The translations under genes were made by a program, and so were the position numbers. Shown piece after piece: positions 28,271 to 41,145 of a DNA stretch of 64,000 bases. The stretch is from the human T2T-CHM13v2.0 reference genome, Homo sapiens: the NCBI RefSeq assembly GCF_009914755.1, contig NC_060934.1; one strand, written 5' to 3'. The notes under the pieces are model-generated. The model was not told the origin of the DNA. It did not search any database and was given only the letters and a program-made list of their open reading frames with translations. Numbering within the stretch: the stretch's first letter is position 1; each line of letters starts with the position of its first letter.

Positions 28271-30167
28271 CAAGTTTAAGGTAGTGTCTGGCAACAATCC
28301 ATACCTCAGTCAACTTTCCTCCAAAAAAAAATCTATCATAGCTCACACGAGGATGAAAATGGTAAACTAAGATTTATCACTAACCAAGGGCCAGGTGCCA
28401 GGAGAAGCTTCTGCAATTTGAAACAGGTAGGGAGCTAAAAGAAGACTCATGGGAAAGGCAATGTCCAGCCATTTTTCGGGCCAGTCGATGTTTTTTCTCA
28501 GACAATACAAGTTATTTCCTCATCTTACCCAGAGGAGTCCATAACTACTCTTTCGTTTTTTTTTATTTTATTGGGTAAAGAAATGTAAACACATCTCAGG
28601 AAATACAGATACGTTTTCAGTAGCAGAGGTAATTAAAGATAGCAGTATAGAAATAAAGTAAGATGAATTCTTTCCAAATTAGTAAGGAGAAAATAATTAC
28701 CCTCAAAAGCCCAAGGGAGCTCGGTCTGATTAGCACATTGAACATCTCTCCTTTTTAACGTCAGCTTTTCTTCATGGGTTTTCATCCACCTACCCCACCC
28801 CTTTCCACGGTCTCAGACCTAACTCTACACCAAGGAGATAGTATAGGGCCTTTGCTAGTGTACAAAAACAAGTGGTTTACTTGTCCTCACTGCACACACA
28901 CTGCTGCAGTCTAGGAAAGGCGCAGGTGCCTGTATAGCACACGCTAGTGCCTACACAGCACGGAGGTGAGATGAAATGCTTTTTAATTCTGTTATGTCAT
29001 CTACCCAATGCCAAAGCCATAATATTTGGAAACATGAAGATAGCTGATGGAATTTTTCCAGAAATTCTCATCCAGATGTGTGGCTTTGTGAGTATTGAGA
29101 ATAAAGAATAAATAAAGAGCTACAACCTCCACTCATGTTTCCAGTTTGTAAGTTGTTTGTTAGTAATTAAAAAATCTTTGTTTGTTGAAGGGATTTAGGA
29201 GGAGGCATTAACACCCCCAGATATTGCAGTAAGTGAAATAAATTCTGATTAAAATGATTAGCCAAATGGAGACTCCAGAAACATCTAAACAGACGAATCC
29301 ATACTCATCACACAGCCTTTCTCTCCAACAGAGCACCCCTGAGGGAGGGACCAATTTATTCAGCACAACCTCCTTTCAGTTACACTCCAGCTCTGTGCAG
29401 CAGGGGGACTGGTGTTTATTCCCTGTTACACACTGGGGTAGGGTGAAGCCAGACTTCATCTGTGTGCTGGGAGAGTAGCCATCGCACAGAAGCCACTGGC
29501 TTCTTCCTGGGACAGTTTTGCTTTCCATTGTGCACCCCAACAGTATAACTGTCTGGTGGGTTCCCTGGGGGTGTGGTTATGCAGCCTGGAAACAGGGTTT
29601 GCTAGTGATGATGTTTTCTTGCCTCCTGCTGGAATGATCCAGGGGGTGAAGGAGGCTGGGCCCGGCCCTGCTGGCAGGAAGCTGGCATGCACACCTGTCT
29701 TCCAGGGACAACTAAGGGCACTCTCAAGCTCCATTGAGCTCCGGATCATAAGGTGGGCACCACTTGATGCCAGGGTGAAGCTGCCCAAGGCACCACGATC
29801 AGTGATGAAACATCATCACTTGGCTGGAATCCTCAGAGCAAGATTAAGGACCTGGACACAACAGAGGGTCAAAAAGAAGAGACCCACATGCCCTGCCTGG
29901 CTGACAGGACTGAGCACCTGGGCTCTCTCTCCTCTTGCTCAGAGATATGGACAGTCAGGACCGCAGCAGACAGGCGCTCTGGTTTTAAACAAATGCACCC
30001 AGGACAGAGCTCTCCATCTGACCAGTCTGGGGGAGGGTGGGGGAAATTCCCATTATTCTGAGTAGAAGTAGCCAAGAAATCAAGTGACAGCCACTTTGAA
30101 GAAGTGGAGATAGCTCAATAGTCCATCTGTTCAAAACAAATAGTAGACAAAAATAAATCCCTCTCCA

Positions 30168-30785
30168 CTTTCTTTTTTATTATTTTCTTACGTGCGCAAA
30201 TGTATGGGGTGCGTGAGAAATTTGGTTACTTGCATGTTATGTGTAGCGATCAAGCCATGGTGTCCATCACCCAAGCACAATATGTTTTTGTTAAGTATAG
30301 TCACCCTGCTCTGACATCAAACATTGAATTTATTCCTTCTATCTTTCTAAATGTTTGTACGCTTTAATCCACTTCTCTTCATCCTCCCCTCTCCCTCCCA
30401 CTCGTCCATCTCAGTCTCTGAGAACTATCATTCTACCCGCTACCGCCACGTGTTCAAATGTTTTCATTCCCACATATAAATGAGAACATGTGATATTTGC
30501 CTTTTTGTGCCCGTCTTATTTCACTTAAGATAATGACCTAATTTATGCAATGACATAATTTCATTGTCATTGATGATGAAATTGACATAATTTGCAAATG
30601 ACATAATTTCATTCTTTTTATGGCTGATTAATAGTCCACTGAGTATACCACATTTTCATTATCCATTCAGCCACTGATGGACACTTAGGTTGATTCCACA
30701 TCTTTGCTATTGTGAACAGTGCCACAGTAAACATAGGGGTCAAGTAACCCTTTGATATAATGATTCCCTTTCCTTGGATAGAACT
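30168..30785 (-). mobile_element. L1MA 3' end (L1MA2/3-like), 5' truncated
   Basis: T-tail; cccacatataaatgagaacatg; ccactgatggacacttaggttgattcca; ORF 30618-30821 PMFTVALFTIAKMWNQPKCPS is the ORF2 C-terminus. Confidence 0.9.
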
Positions 30786-30869
30786 CAGCAGTGCTCCCAC
30801 TTTCTGAGCCCTGAAGAGCACTCTGATGGAAAGGAATGTGTTATTAAAATTTGGCTTCAGCTTTTACAC

Positions 30870-31090
30870 AGAGATGGTGCAGGACAGGGCTCCATCTGCC
30901 CTTGAGAAGTGTTCAAATGAATGAATGATGGGATGAGTGTCGATGTATGAATGATACAGGGAAGGAGGAAGTCATTGAATATTATTGTAGTTGCTGAATG
31001 AATGAACAAATGAAGTGCATAATGTGTGAATGAGCAAATCAGTGTGGGAATGAGCCACTGAGTATCACTGTGCAGCTGAATGAATGACCA
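30870..31090 (+). mobile_element. L2 3' end with (TGAA)n-like tail
   Basis: gtgttcaaatgaatgaatgatgg...gttgctgaatgaatgaacaaatgaa. Confidence 0.45.
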
Positions 31091-31576
31091 AATGCACAAA
31101 AGGAACGAGCAAGCTTCACTAAGCATGACACCCCACAGTGAGAGGCCTGGGAGGAGAGTCCAGCTCAACTCACCCACCATGGTCCCCGCGGAAGGCTCCT
31201 CGTTTGTCACTGTCCCACCCTGCCAGTTTGACTCAGTATGAGTTGAATTGTGTCCCCTTCCAAAATTCATATGCCAGAGTTCTAACTCCAGTACCTGCGA
31301 ATTTGGCCTTATCTGGAAATAGGGTTTTTACAGAGATAATCAAATTAAAATGAGGTCATTAGAGTAAGCCCTAATCCAACATGGCTGGCATCCTCATAAG
31401 AAGGAGAAATTGCGAGACAGACACAGGGAGAAGGCCATGGGAAGAAGAAGCCAGAGATCAGGGTGATGCTGCCACAAGCCAAGGAAGGCCAAAGGTTGAG
31501 CAAACCCTCAGCAGCTAGTACAAAGGCAGGGACAAATCCCCCTCACAGCCCTCAGAAGGAACCAATCCTGCCAACA
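31041..31576 (+). repeat. Left arm of perfect 536-bp inverted repeat
   Basis: Exact reverse complement of 32814-33349 (line-by-line check; identical ORFs 31138-31353+ and 33037-33252-). Confidence 0.98.
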
Positions 31577-31684
31577 CCTTGATCTTGAACTTCCAACCTC
31601 CAGAACTGTGAGATGATACATGTCTGTTGCATAAGCCACCCCATTTGTGGTACTTTGTTACAGCTGCCCTAGCAAACTATCCCA
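31234..31684 (+). mobile_element. MaLR solo LTR, MLT1B/C-like (intact)
   Basis: tatgagttgaattgtgtcccc..aaaattcatatg...ccctcagaaggaaccaatcctgccaacaccttgatc...gtactttgttacagctgccctagcaaac. Confidence 0.9.
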
Positions 31685-32199
31685 CAGGCACAGCAAGGTT
31701 CCTCCAGGTGCTTCCCATGCCTAGACACTGCCCGTGGCCACCATAAATCAACAGGATGGAGGGCTTGTATTGGAAGAGATGTCCAAGGGGAGGCAAGCAT
31801 GAGGCACATGGCACTTCCTCAGAGAACACGCAGAGGACCCTCTGCTCATAGGCAAACAGAAAACACCACATACAGTGAGTTTGGCCAGGAATGTAAGGAA
31901 ACTTCAGATGAAATTGTATGTGAAGGGCACCATAGGGCAGCTAGAAATAGGCCTACCACTGGGCCTCCCCAGCACACGAATGGCTGGTGTCTTGACTCTC
32001 CCCACGGAGCCAAGCAAGTTGGGGCCAAGACTCATGCTGGTATCCCCAGCTCATGCCCTAGGCATGGCACCTAGTAGGTGCTTAGTAAAGTTTTAAAGGA
32101 GAGAGGGAAGCAAGGAGGAAAGACTTGTGAAATCTAAATCAAATGGCCCCTATTTTCTGGGAAAGGCTCACCTATTCTCAACTTGTTATTAGCTGCCAC

Positions 32200-32460
32200 A
32201 AGTTCTATCAGATTAAACATGGGTAGGACATGGGCAAACATTTTTAATAGTGATCTATCTATTTTAATTAATTATAATTGGGTAAACATTCCCTGCTAGT
32301 ATATCCAAGCCATGATTTCAAGAAAATTATGATTGAGGATGAGACAACATTTAAGTAATGAAACAGTAAGTTTAAAGAAAGAAACAGTAAGTAATTAACA
32401 GGTGATATGAAGATATGATAAAAATGTGGAAGTCGGTCATGAATCACTGGAGTTCAGGCC
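32200..32460 (-). mobile_element. Possible MER112-like hAT remnant
   Basis: aagtaattaacaggtgatatgaagatatgataaaaatgtggaagtcggtcatgaatcactggagttc. Confidence 0.35.
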
Positions 32461-32524
32461 AGCTGGTCTGGGGTACCTGAAGCTCGGCAGCTGCTGCTCT
32501 CAGCAACAGTCTGGCCAAACCTGA

Positions 32525-32815
32525 TGTATTAGTCAGGCTTCTCCAGAGAAACAGAACCAGTAAGAAGTGTGTGCATTGAGAGAGGAAGAGGCTTATTTTA
32601 AGGAATTGGCTCATGTGATGGCGGAAGCTGGCAAGTCCACAGTCTGTGAGGGGGGCTGTCAGACCGGAGACCCATAGATGACCTCATGTTGCAGTTCAAG
32701 TTCAAAGGCAGTCCTCCGGCCAAAATCTCTTGTGCTGGTTGGAGGTCAGCATTTTGGGCCATTCAGTCCTTCAACTGATTAGGTGAGGCCCACCCACATC
32801 ATGGCGAGCAATCTG
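32525..32815 (-). mobile_element. MLT2 (ERVL) LTR, truncated by the right inverted-repeat arm
   Basis: tgtattagtcagg.ttctccagagaaacagaacca...aaggaattggctcatgtgat...ccttcaactgattaggtgaggcccacccacat...caatctg then abrupt end. Confidence 0.9.
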
Positions 32816-33349
32816 TTGGCAGGATTGGTTCCTTCTGAGGGCTGTGAGGGGGATTTGTCCCTGCCTTTGTACTAGCTGCTGAGGGTTTGCTCAACCTTTG
32901 GCCTTCCTTGGCTTGTGGCAGCATCACCCTGATCTCTGGCTTCTTCTTCCCATGGCCTTCTCCCTGTGTCTGTCTCGCAATTTCTCCTTCTTATGAGGAT
33001 GCCAGCCATGTTGGATTAGGGCTTACTCTAATGACCTCATTTTAATTTGATTATCTCTGTAAAAACCCTATTTCCAGATAAGGCCAAATTCGCAGGTACT
33101 GGAGTTAGAACTCTGGCATATGAATTTTGGAAGGGGACACAATTCAACTCATACTGAGTCAAACTGGCAGGGTGGGACAGTGACAAACGAGGAGCCTTCC
33201 GCGGGGACCATGGTGGGTGAGTTGAGCTGGACTCTCCTCCCAGGCCTCTCACTGTGGGGTGTCATGCTTAGTGAAGCTTGCTCGTTCCTTTTGTGCATTT
33301 GGTCATTCATTCAGCTGCACAGTGATACTCAGTGGCTCATTCCCACACT
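32814..33349 (-). repeat. Right arm of perfect 536-bp inverted repeat (includes truncated MLT1 copy)
   Basis: Exact reverse complement of 31041-31576. Confidence 0.98.
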
Positions 33350-33800
33350 TGCTCCAAATCACCTACAGAATAAGCCTCAACTCCTCAGGACAGTCTCCAA
33401 AGCCCTTCCTGATCTGGTCACCACCAAGTCTTCCAACAAACCTTCTGATTCAAGAATTCCAAAACACACCCACTGCCTGAACACACCCTGCAATCTGCAG
33501 CAACCACACCTTTGCACACCCCATTATTCCAACCTGGAGTGCCCTTCCCACTTTGAGCTCGGTCCCACCTAAACCTAGTGCACTAGGGCTCCTCTTCCAA
33601 AGCATTCCCTGCTCCCTGCAGACGCAATCATGCTATCTGCTACGTCTCCATGTGTGTAGACATCCTGCACAGACCTCCATTCGAACACATATTGTGTGGC
33701 TATGGCCAGTGATTCGTGTGCGTTGAAAGAAAAAGGAGTCTGTCCCCACTCTAATTTGACCACTGTCCCCACCTGTAGACTGAGAGCTCTTTGCAGCCCT
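33350..33800 (+). mobile_element. L2 fragment
   Basis: cagaataagcctcaactcctca...aagcccttcctgatctggtc...tagactgagagctct. Confidence 0.5.
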
Positions 33801-35679
33801 CTGAGAACCTATATTGGGAGCTGGATATTAGGATGGGAAGCTGAGGAATACATAGATTGAAAGCAGACAAATCATGGATGGGAAAAAAAACTCAACCTCA
33901 GCCCCACACACAGTCTGCATGAAACAGGGCATGGACATTAAGTGACTGAAGGGACAGTGACAGTAAAATGGTTCACTTGGCCTGGCCTACAAAGCAAGCC
34001 TAAGAAGCTTTGACTCCAAGGCTCACTGGGAAGGATCCTGTGAGGCTGCCCAAGGGGCTTTCAGGAGCCAACATCCTGATGCATGGCCAGCCTGGCCGCT
34101 TTGAGACTCAAGGGTTCTCCAGGACCTGGGCTTAGAGGGAACTGGCAGTGCCAGGGCCGGCACTCATGCCTCCCTTGGCAGGCCTGATCCTGCCCATCCA
34201 TGGGCCATCTCCAAGGAAATGCATACGGATTGATTTTCATCTCCACAGCTAGAAGAGGGCTGTGATCATACAGCTTATCTTTCCCAGAGGCCAGGAGACA
34301 GCGACAACTCCAGGGATGTGCTTAGCAAAGCCCTGGAACGATTTTAATGGACAACACAATTGATCCATTTCTGCCTGGGCTTTTTGCCTCCTTCCAGTTT
34401 CCTGCTAAAATGCACAGCTGCTTCTTTATTGCAAAGTGTGAAATCTGTAAATTAGAAATGTCCTCTTGGGGACGGTCAGCAGCTGGCTGCCCTGGGCACA
34501 GACAGTGGGTGGAACGGGTGCTCCGCGGCCTGCAGCAGCTTCTCCACAAGCCATCCCCCTGCCCTGCCTCCTCTCACACTCTCATCTCTCTGTCACATAA
34601 ACCTGGGACTCATACCTTCTTTCTCAAAAGACTTCATGTTCTCAAAAGCCTTGCTTCCTGTCTTGTCTTCCCTGAGCAAGGAATAAGACATGAGATTGAT
34701 AATGGGAACACACAGCCCTGCCTTCAGCACCGGACCCTTCCACTGTTCAAAGAACGCTTGGGGGCCTAGGGCTGGCTGGGCAATGGGAGCCAGGCATGAG
34801 GGCTCGGGAGAGGCAGGAAGGTGTCTGGCCCCAGCCTTCTCCATGGAACCTAGGACCCCCAGCCCCCTGGCCTTGCAGCTAAATCCCTGGGACTGTGTTT
34901 GCCTTCCCCCAGCACCCAGCATGGATGCCCCTGAGGGGAGCCAGCAAGGGTTTCCTCTCTTGTGCAAACCTGACAGGTAGACTCCCTGGACCCAGCTCTA
35001 TGTCAGAAGCTGTGTAGACTCAGGTCCACCCTTAAGGGGGCTCAACAGGCATAAGGGAGACCTCCTCTGGCTGGGACGGAGCTACCCCCGTCAGCACAGC
35101 ACTCAGAAACTGGGTAACAGCCCAGCAGCTGCTCATCCCCCGCACACAGCATAAACAGACTCCCTGTTGTACCCAGTACCTTGAACTGAAGCAGCACAGG
35201 TTTCAGAGAGGTGAGTGTGGGGACATGGGGCCCAACACTTCCAGGAAGCCCATTAGCAGCTCAACAGCACCAGCTGAGTCACAGCAGCCTCCTGGAGCGG
35301 CCTGTTGAATTACTCAGCCCTGTTTTAGCAAATGGCCTGGATAGGGGCTGATTACCCTTTGAACACAGTTCCGAAAAGGAATCTCTGAAGTCATCCTGGT
35401 TCTCCCTGATAAAGGCTGAATGTTCTAGGCTGGTGGGGGCAAGGGCTGCCTGCGAGTCCCTGGGGCTCCTCACTGTAGATGATTTAATCATGCATTTCGC
35501 TCCAGGGCTCCAGGGCTCCAGGGCTTAGCCAAATCAAGGGGCTTGGGCACTGGGTTGGAGGGAATAAAACATCCATCAGACCAGGAAGTGAGGGAAATAG
35601 AAGCCAAGAAAGAAACCAGGGTCCACTTTGAACACAGCTGTCTCAGTCAGCAGCTCCTTAAAAGAAATGGAATGTGACA

Positions 35680-35860
35680 GACACCCGGCTCCAAATCCCA
35701 GCACCAACCCTGGGTGCCCTTGACCAAGTCATGCAACCTCTCTGGGCCTCCGTGTCCTCCTCTGTCCATGGTGATAAAAAGCACCTCCATCATGCGGCTA
35801 TTTTCAAGATCAAACGAGTTAATGGGTGCAAAGTGACCAGAGCATGTCAGACACTTAAAC
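35680..35860 (+). mobile_element. MIR
   Basis: caaatcccagcacc...ccttgaccaagtcatgcaacctctctgggcctccgtgtcctcctctgt. Confidence 0.7.
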
Positions 35861-35931
35861 AGGGTCACTTCCCCCTTTGACCTAACAGTTATAGAGTAAA
35901 TTAACTCCCACTCTTCTTTAAGCGGACGTTA

Positions 35932-36615
<684 letters not shown>

Positions 36616-36718
36616 AAGAAATGGAGTAAGATGAAGCCCAGGGTTTTTCACCACTAGGTTTGGCCCCCAGGAGCAACATCTGTAGGATGCCCGGCATCCT
36701 CCTGATTGGAGAGTGGAG

Positions 36719-37100
36719 TGTCTGAGTGGGAGTCCCCAGAAGCAAACTCTGACACAAGGAGTCAAGTGCAAGAGGTACATTTGTGCTACGCAGGGAAAAC
36801 TGGGGGGATTAGGCAAGTGGGAAGGAAAAGCAGCACACTAAGAAATCTCCACACAGACGACTGGAGCTTCCTCTAGTAGGGAAACAATGCAGAATTTGGA
36901 CCGCCAGATTTTACCACCAAGGGACAGGGGACAGGGTATCTACACACCAACTCCAACCATCTCTGATTGAAGAATGCTCCCAGGTAGACTAATTCCCTCA
37001 CTTCCAACCTGCTCTGAGTGCAAGCAAAACATGGCCTTTAAGGTTCCAGAAAAAGCCCCAGACACAGAGAGGCAGATGCTGCAGAGCCCACTGACAAGGG
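36719..37100 (-). mobile_element. ERVL LTR (LTR33/LTR16-like)
   Basis: tgtctgagtgggagtccccagaagcaaactctgacacaaggagtcaagtgcaag. Confidence 0.55.
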
Positions 37101-37202
37101 AGAGGAGGAGGATGGGCGGTGATCACTGCCAGCATCTGCTGCAGAGGGGTTCCTGAGAGAATGGGAAGAGCTGCAGTGGAAACAGCAAGTAAAGGTAACT
37201 AT

Positions 37203-37271
37203 CTCATTATTATTATTATTATTTTGTGATGGTCTCATTCTGTCGCCCAGGCTGGCCCAGGAGTTCAAGAC
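37203..37271 (-). mobile_element. Micro Alu/FLAM insertion with 5' inversion, in an L2
   Basis: (ATT)n tail + ggtctcattctgtcgcccaggctgg (Alu 3' end, minus) + gcccaggagttcaagac (Alu, plus); flanks aaggtaactat / aaggttaactat. Confidence 0.75.
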
Positions 37272-37644
37272 AAGGTTAACTATTTTGAAGAGTTTTGCTC
37301 AAAGAGGAGCAGAGAAATGGGGCTGGGGATGAAAATGGATGCAAAGAGGGCCGTGCAGAGATGGTGGGTATTACAGTGTGCCTGAGAGCTGACTGATATG
37401 ATCCATTTGAAAAGGAGAAACTGACAATGCAAGAATTCCACCCTTATGTAGGTGACAGGGAATTATTTCTAGTATCCAAGGGGTTGCCTTTAGAAGGAGC
37501 ACACGGTGTTTCTGCTCAACATCAGACAGAAGAGGAGGCTCATGGCCACAGACGATGGAAGCTGATAGACATGGCAGTGAATGCACAGATCAGCTCTGCC
37601 CTCATCATTCCCGTTTTCTCAGTAAATTAAAAAGCAAAGTCATT

Positions 37645-38265
37645 GTGTTTATAGCAGCTTTGTCCACAATTGCCAAAATGTGAAAGTAACTAAAATGTCC
37701 TTCAGTAAGTGAATGAATAAGCTGTGGCACATCCAGACAATGGAATATTATTCAGCACTAAAAATAAATGAGCTATCAAGCCATGACAAGGCACGGAGGA
37801 AACTTAAATGCATATTGCTAAGTGAAAGAAGCCAATCTGAAAAGGCGACATACTATATGATTCCAACCATATGACATTCTAGAAAAGGCAAAACTATAGA
37901 GAGAGTAAAAGAATCAGTGGTTGCCTATGAATAGGCAGAGCACAGAGCATTTTCAGGGCAGTGATATTATTCTGCATACTACTAATAATGGTGAACTTAT
38001 GTCATTACACATTTGTCCAAACCCATAACATTTACAGCACCAAAGAGTGAATCCTAATGTGAACTATGAACTTTGTTAATAAGAATGTACAGATATTGCT
38101 TTATTGGTTGTAACAATTATACCACATTAATTCAAGATATCAATAATAGAGGAAATTGGGGGAAAGTGAGGCAGTTACATGGATCTCACTGTACTTTTTC
38201 CTCAATTTTTCTGTAAACACGAAACTGCTTTAAAAAGTAAAGTCCCTTAATTTTCTCAAAAAAGG
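37645..38265 (+). mobile_element. L1MC 3' end
   Basis: gtttatagcagcttt...gagctatcaagccatg..aaacttaaatgcatattgctaagtgaaagaagccaatctgaaaaggc. Confidence 0.85.
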
Positions 38266-38539
38266 AAAAATAATAGCAAGACGTAACTACAGAAGAAGCA
38301 GTTTCAGAGGTTTGAGGGGAGGGAACACGTGATATAAATAGCCCTGGGCAGTGCAGTAGAATAATCCTGCAGCATGAAGGACCCATTTGAGGGCAGGTGG
38401 AGTTCCTAGAGGCCAGTTGCAGCCTGGCTATGTGTTTTCTGCCAACAGCATTCCATTGCCCAGGGGCAGCGGCAGGTGCAGAGCAGGGAGGGAGTTGGGT
38501 TTAAGCAAAATTGTGGTTGCTCTAGGCAAGCATGCCTCC

Positions 38540-39185
38540 TTGGAAATTCCCCTGCACCCTGTCCTCATCATCTCTCACCTGGGCCATTGCAATAACTTCT
38601 AACTGGTCCCTCAGACTCCAACCCATCCCCATGTTACTGCCAGAGACAGCCTCAAAGAAAACTCATCCAACAGGGCCACTGCCCCTCTTCCCAAGTTCTG
38701 GAGGTGCCCCGTTTCCCACAGGATAAAGCACAGGCTCCTTCACACAACCCACAAAAACTTTTTAGCCCCCCAGGCCAAAGCTGACTCTCCAACCTCAAGT
38801 CCCCACCCTACGCCTCCCTCTGCCCCACCACTCAGTGCTGCCCAAACCATGACTCTGCACCTGTGTACAGATTGTCCCCTCTGCCTGCACTGTCCTGCCC
38901 CCTTTCTTTGCTTCCATTCTCTGAAATGTGGCTCAAATGTTTCCTCCTTTGTAGTGTGTTCCCAGCAGGCAAGGACAGAGCGGGTGGAAGCAGCTGATGA
39001 TCTCAGCTCTGGGTTTCTGTTTCTATTCCTGCAAGGAATTGTCTGCCTTTTCACTCCACTAGACCAAGAGTTTCTGGAGGATGAAAGATGTCACATTGCT
39101 CATCTTTGTCACTACACCCAGCACAAAGCCAGACACATAGTGGGGGCTCAGTAAAGTCTGTGAAATGACTGAGTGAACAGGTGAG
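38540..39185 (+). mobile_element. L2 fragments
   Basis: catcatctctcacctgggccattgcaataacttctaactggtc...cccagcacaaagccagacacatagtgggggctcagtaaa. Confidence 0.6.
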
Positions 39186-40354
39186 TGCAAGTGGACTGAA
39201 ATGTCACGTGGCCTGGCTCCCATCTGAACTTGGAATTCAAAGCAGCATTTTCTTCTCCCCTTGAACATTATATTCTCATGCAGTTGTATCTAAAGCATCA
39301 CTTATTGGGAGATGCCCTTTCTGAGAAGGGTACCAGGGCTCTCGTAGCGGTTGAGGACTGGCGGGGAGAACTTGTCCCTGAGTGTGTGGCCACCTGGGAG
39401 CTCCATGCCATCGTTTCCATCTTCTAAGCCCAGCGTGGTGTCGCTCATGCTATCTCCTGTGCTGCTGTAGAACAGCAGTGAAGTGCATGGTGGTTTTGCA
39501 CAATGTGACACACAGTTGGTCTCAACCGCAGCCAGTGAATTTCGCTCCTCGCTGTCATGAGACAACTGTTGTCAAGAAGTCTGATCCTTAAATCTTGTTT
39601 CAGAAGCGGACATTGCACGAAGCGATGGGGAACAACTACAACTTATATTCCTTTTCCAAGTGATAGTAAAAGTCCATCCTATCTTCAGATCCAAGTCTCT
39701 GGTCCGTTCTGAGAAATGAAGGGTCTGTCATTAAATCACAAGGAATATAAGTTATGTCGCTATCTTCATCCCTAGGAAGAAGAATGATAAATCTGCCAGC
39801 ATTACCTTCAGGAATCAGGTCACCTTGGCCAACACAGCCAATGACCTCCACTCAGCATGCACCCTGCAGGCAGCTTTCCACCTGAATACCCCAATCCAGT
39901 GCACACCAAACTCCAGTTCAGCTCGTAAGTTGTACTTGCGTGTTTTCAGCCATGAGACTTTGCAGCAACAGGAGGCTGCTTTCTAGGGTTGCACCCACAC
40001 CCACAAAAAGCTTTCCAGGTGTCCCAAGGGAAGGGGCGAGGCTTCTTTCACTGCATCCGGAGTCCCTGCTGGACATCAGCCTCGGTCTGGTTGTTGTGCA
40101 TCCACTCCACAAAGATGTCCTGTGTGCCTCCTGTGATCAGGCCCTGGCATGGCAGGAAGGACATGCACTGAATATCTGGTGTGTCCCTCGGGACTCACAA
40201 AGCAGTGACGGGGTAGTAGGTACACACACAAATGCAATCGAGGGAAGCCTAGGGCACTGAAGGAGGCGCCCTAGGTGCCCAGCCAGGCTGTGAGCACCAC
40301 CGAAGACTTCCTGGAAGAGGTGATGACTGACCTGTGTCTTTAAAAATGAGGAGG

Positions 40355-41145
40355 CCTTATACTCATTAGGATGGCTACTATCAAAAGAAAGAAAGGAAGG
40401 AAGGAGGGGAGGGAGAGAGGAAGAGAGGAAGGGAGAAAAAGAAAGAAAATACGTATTGTTGAGGAGGTGAAGAAATTGGAACCCTTATGCACTATTGACA
40501 GAAATGTAAAATTTCTATCAATAAAAATTCTGCTGTAGAAAACAGTACGGCAATTCCTCAAAAAGTTAAAAATAGAAATACCCTATGATCTAGCAATTCA
40601 ACACTGAACATATACCCAAAATAAGTGAAAGCAGGGTCTCAAAGAGATACTTGCACACCTACTTTCACAGCAGCATTATTCACAATAGCTAAAACAACTC
40701 AAGTGTCCATTGACGGATTAATGAATGGATAAACAAAATGGTGTCTATCCATGCAATGAATATGACTTAGCCTTAAAAAGGAAGGAAATTCTGACATATG
40801 CTACAACATGAATGACTCTTAAGAACATTATGCTAAGTGCAGTAAGCCGCTCACAACAGAATACTGTATGATCTCACTTACATGAGTTATGTAGAGCAGT
40901 CAAATTCACAGAGACAGAAAGTAGAATGGTGGTTTCCAGGGACTGAGGGGAGGGAGGAATGGGGAGTTATTGTTTCATGGGTACAAAGTTGCAGTTTGGG
41001 CTAATAAAAAAGTTCTGGAAACGGATGGTGGTGATGGTTGCACAACACTGAAAATGTACCTAATGCCCTAAAAATGGTTAACGTGGTAAATCTTATGTTA
41101 TGTATTTTACCAATACGCATGCAATGTATATTTAAACAAATAAAG
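40355..41145 (+). mobile_element. L1MB 3' end
   Basis: cattaggatggctactatcaaaa...gaaagcagggtctcaaagagatacttgcacacc...gagacagaaagtagaatggtgg. Confidence 0.9.

Noticed and set aside
30857-33572. Identical ORF pairs (MNFGRGHN... and MRGLGGES...) as duplicated genes
   Set aside because: By-products of the perfect inverted repeat over MLT1/L2 sequence.
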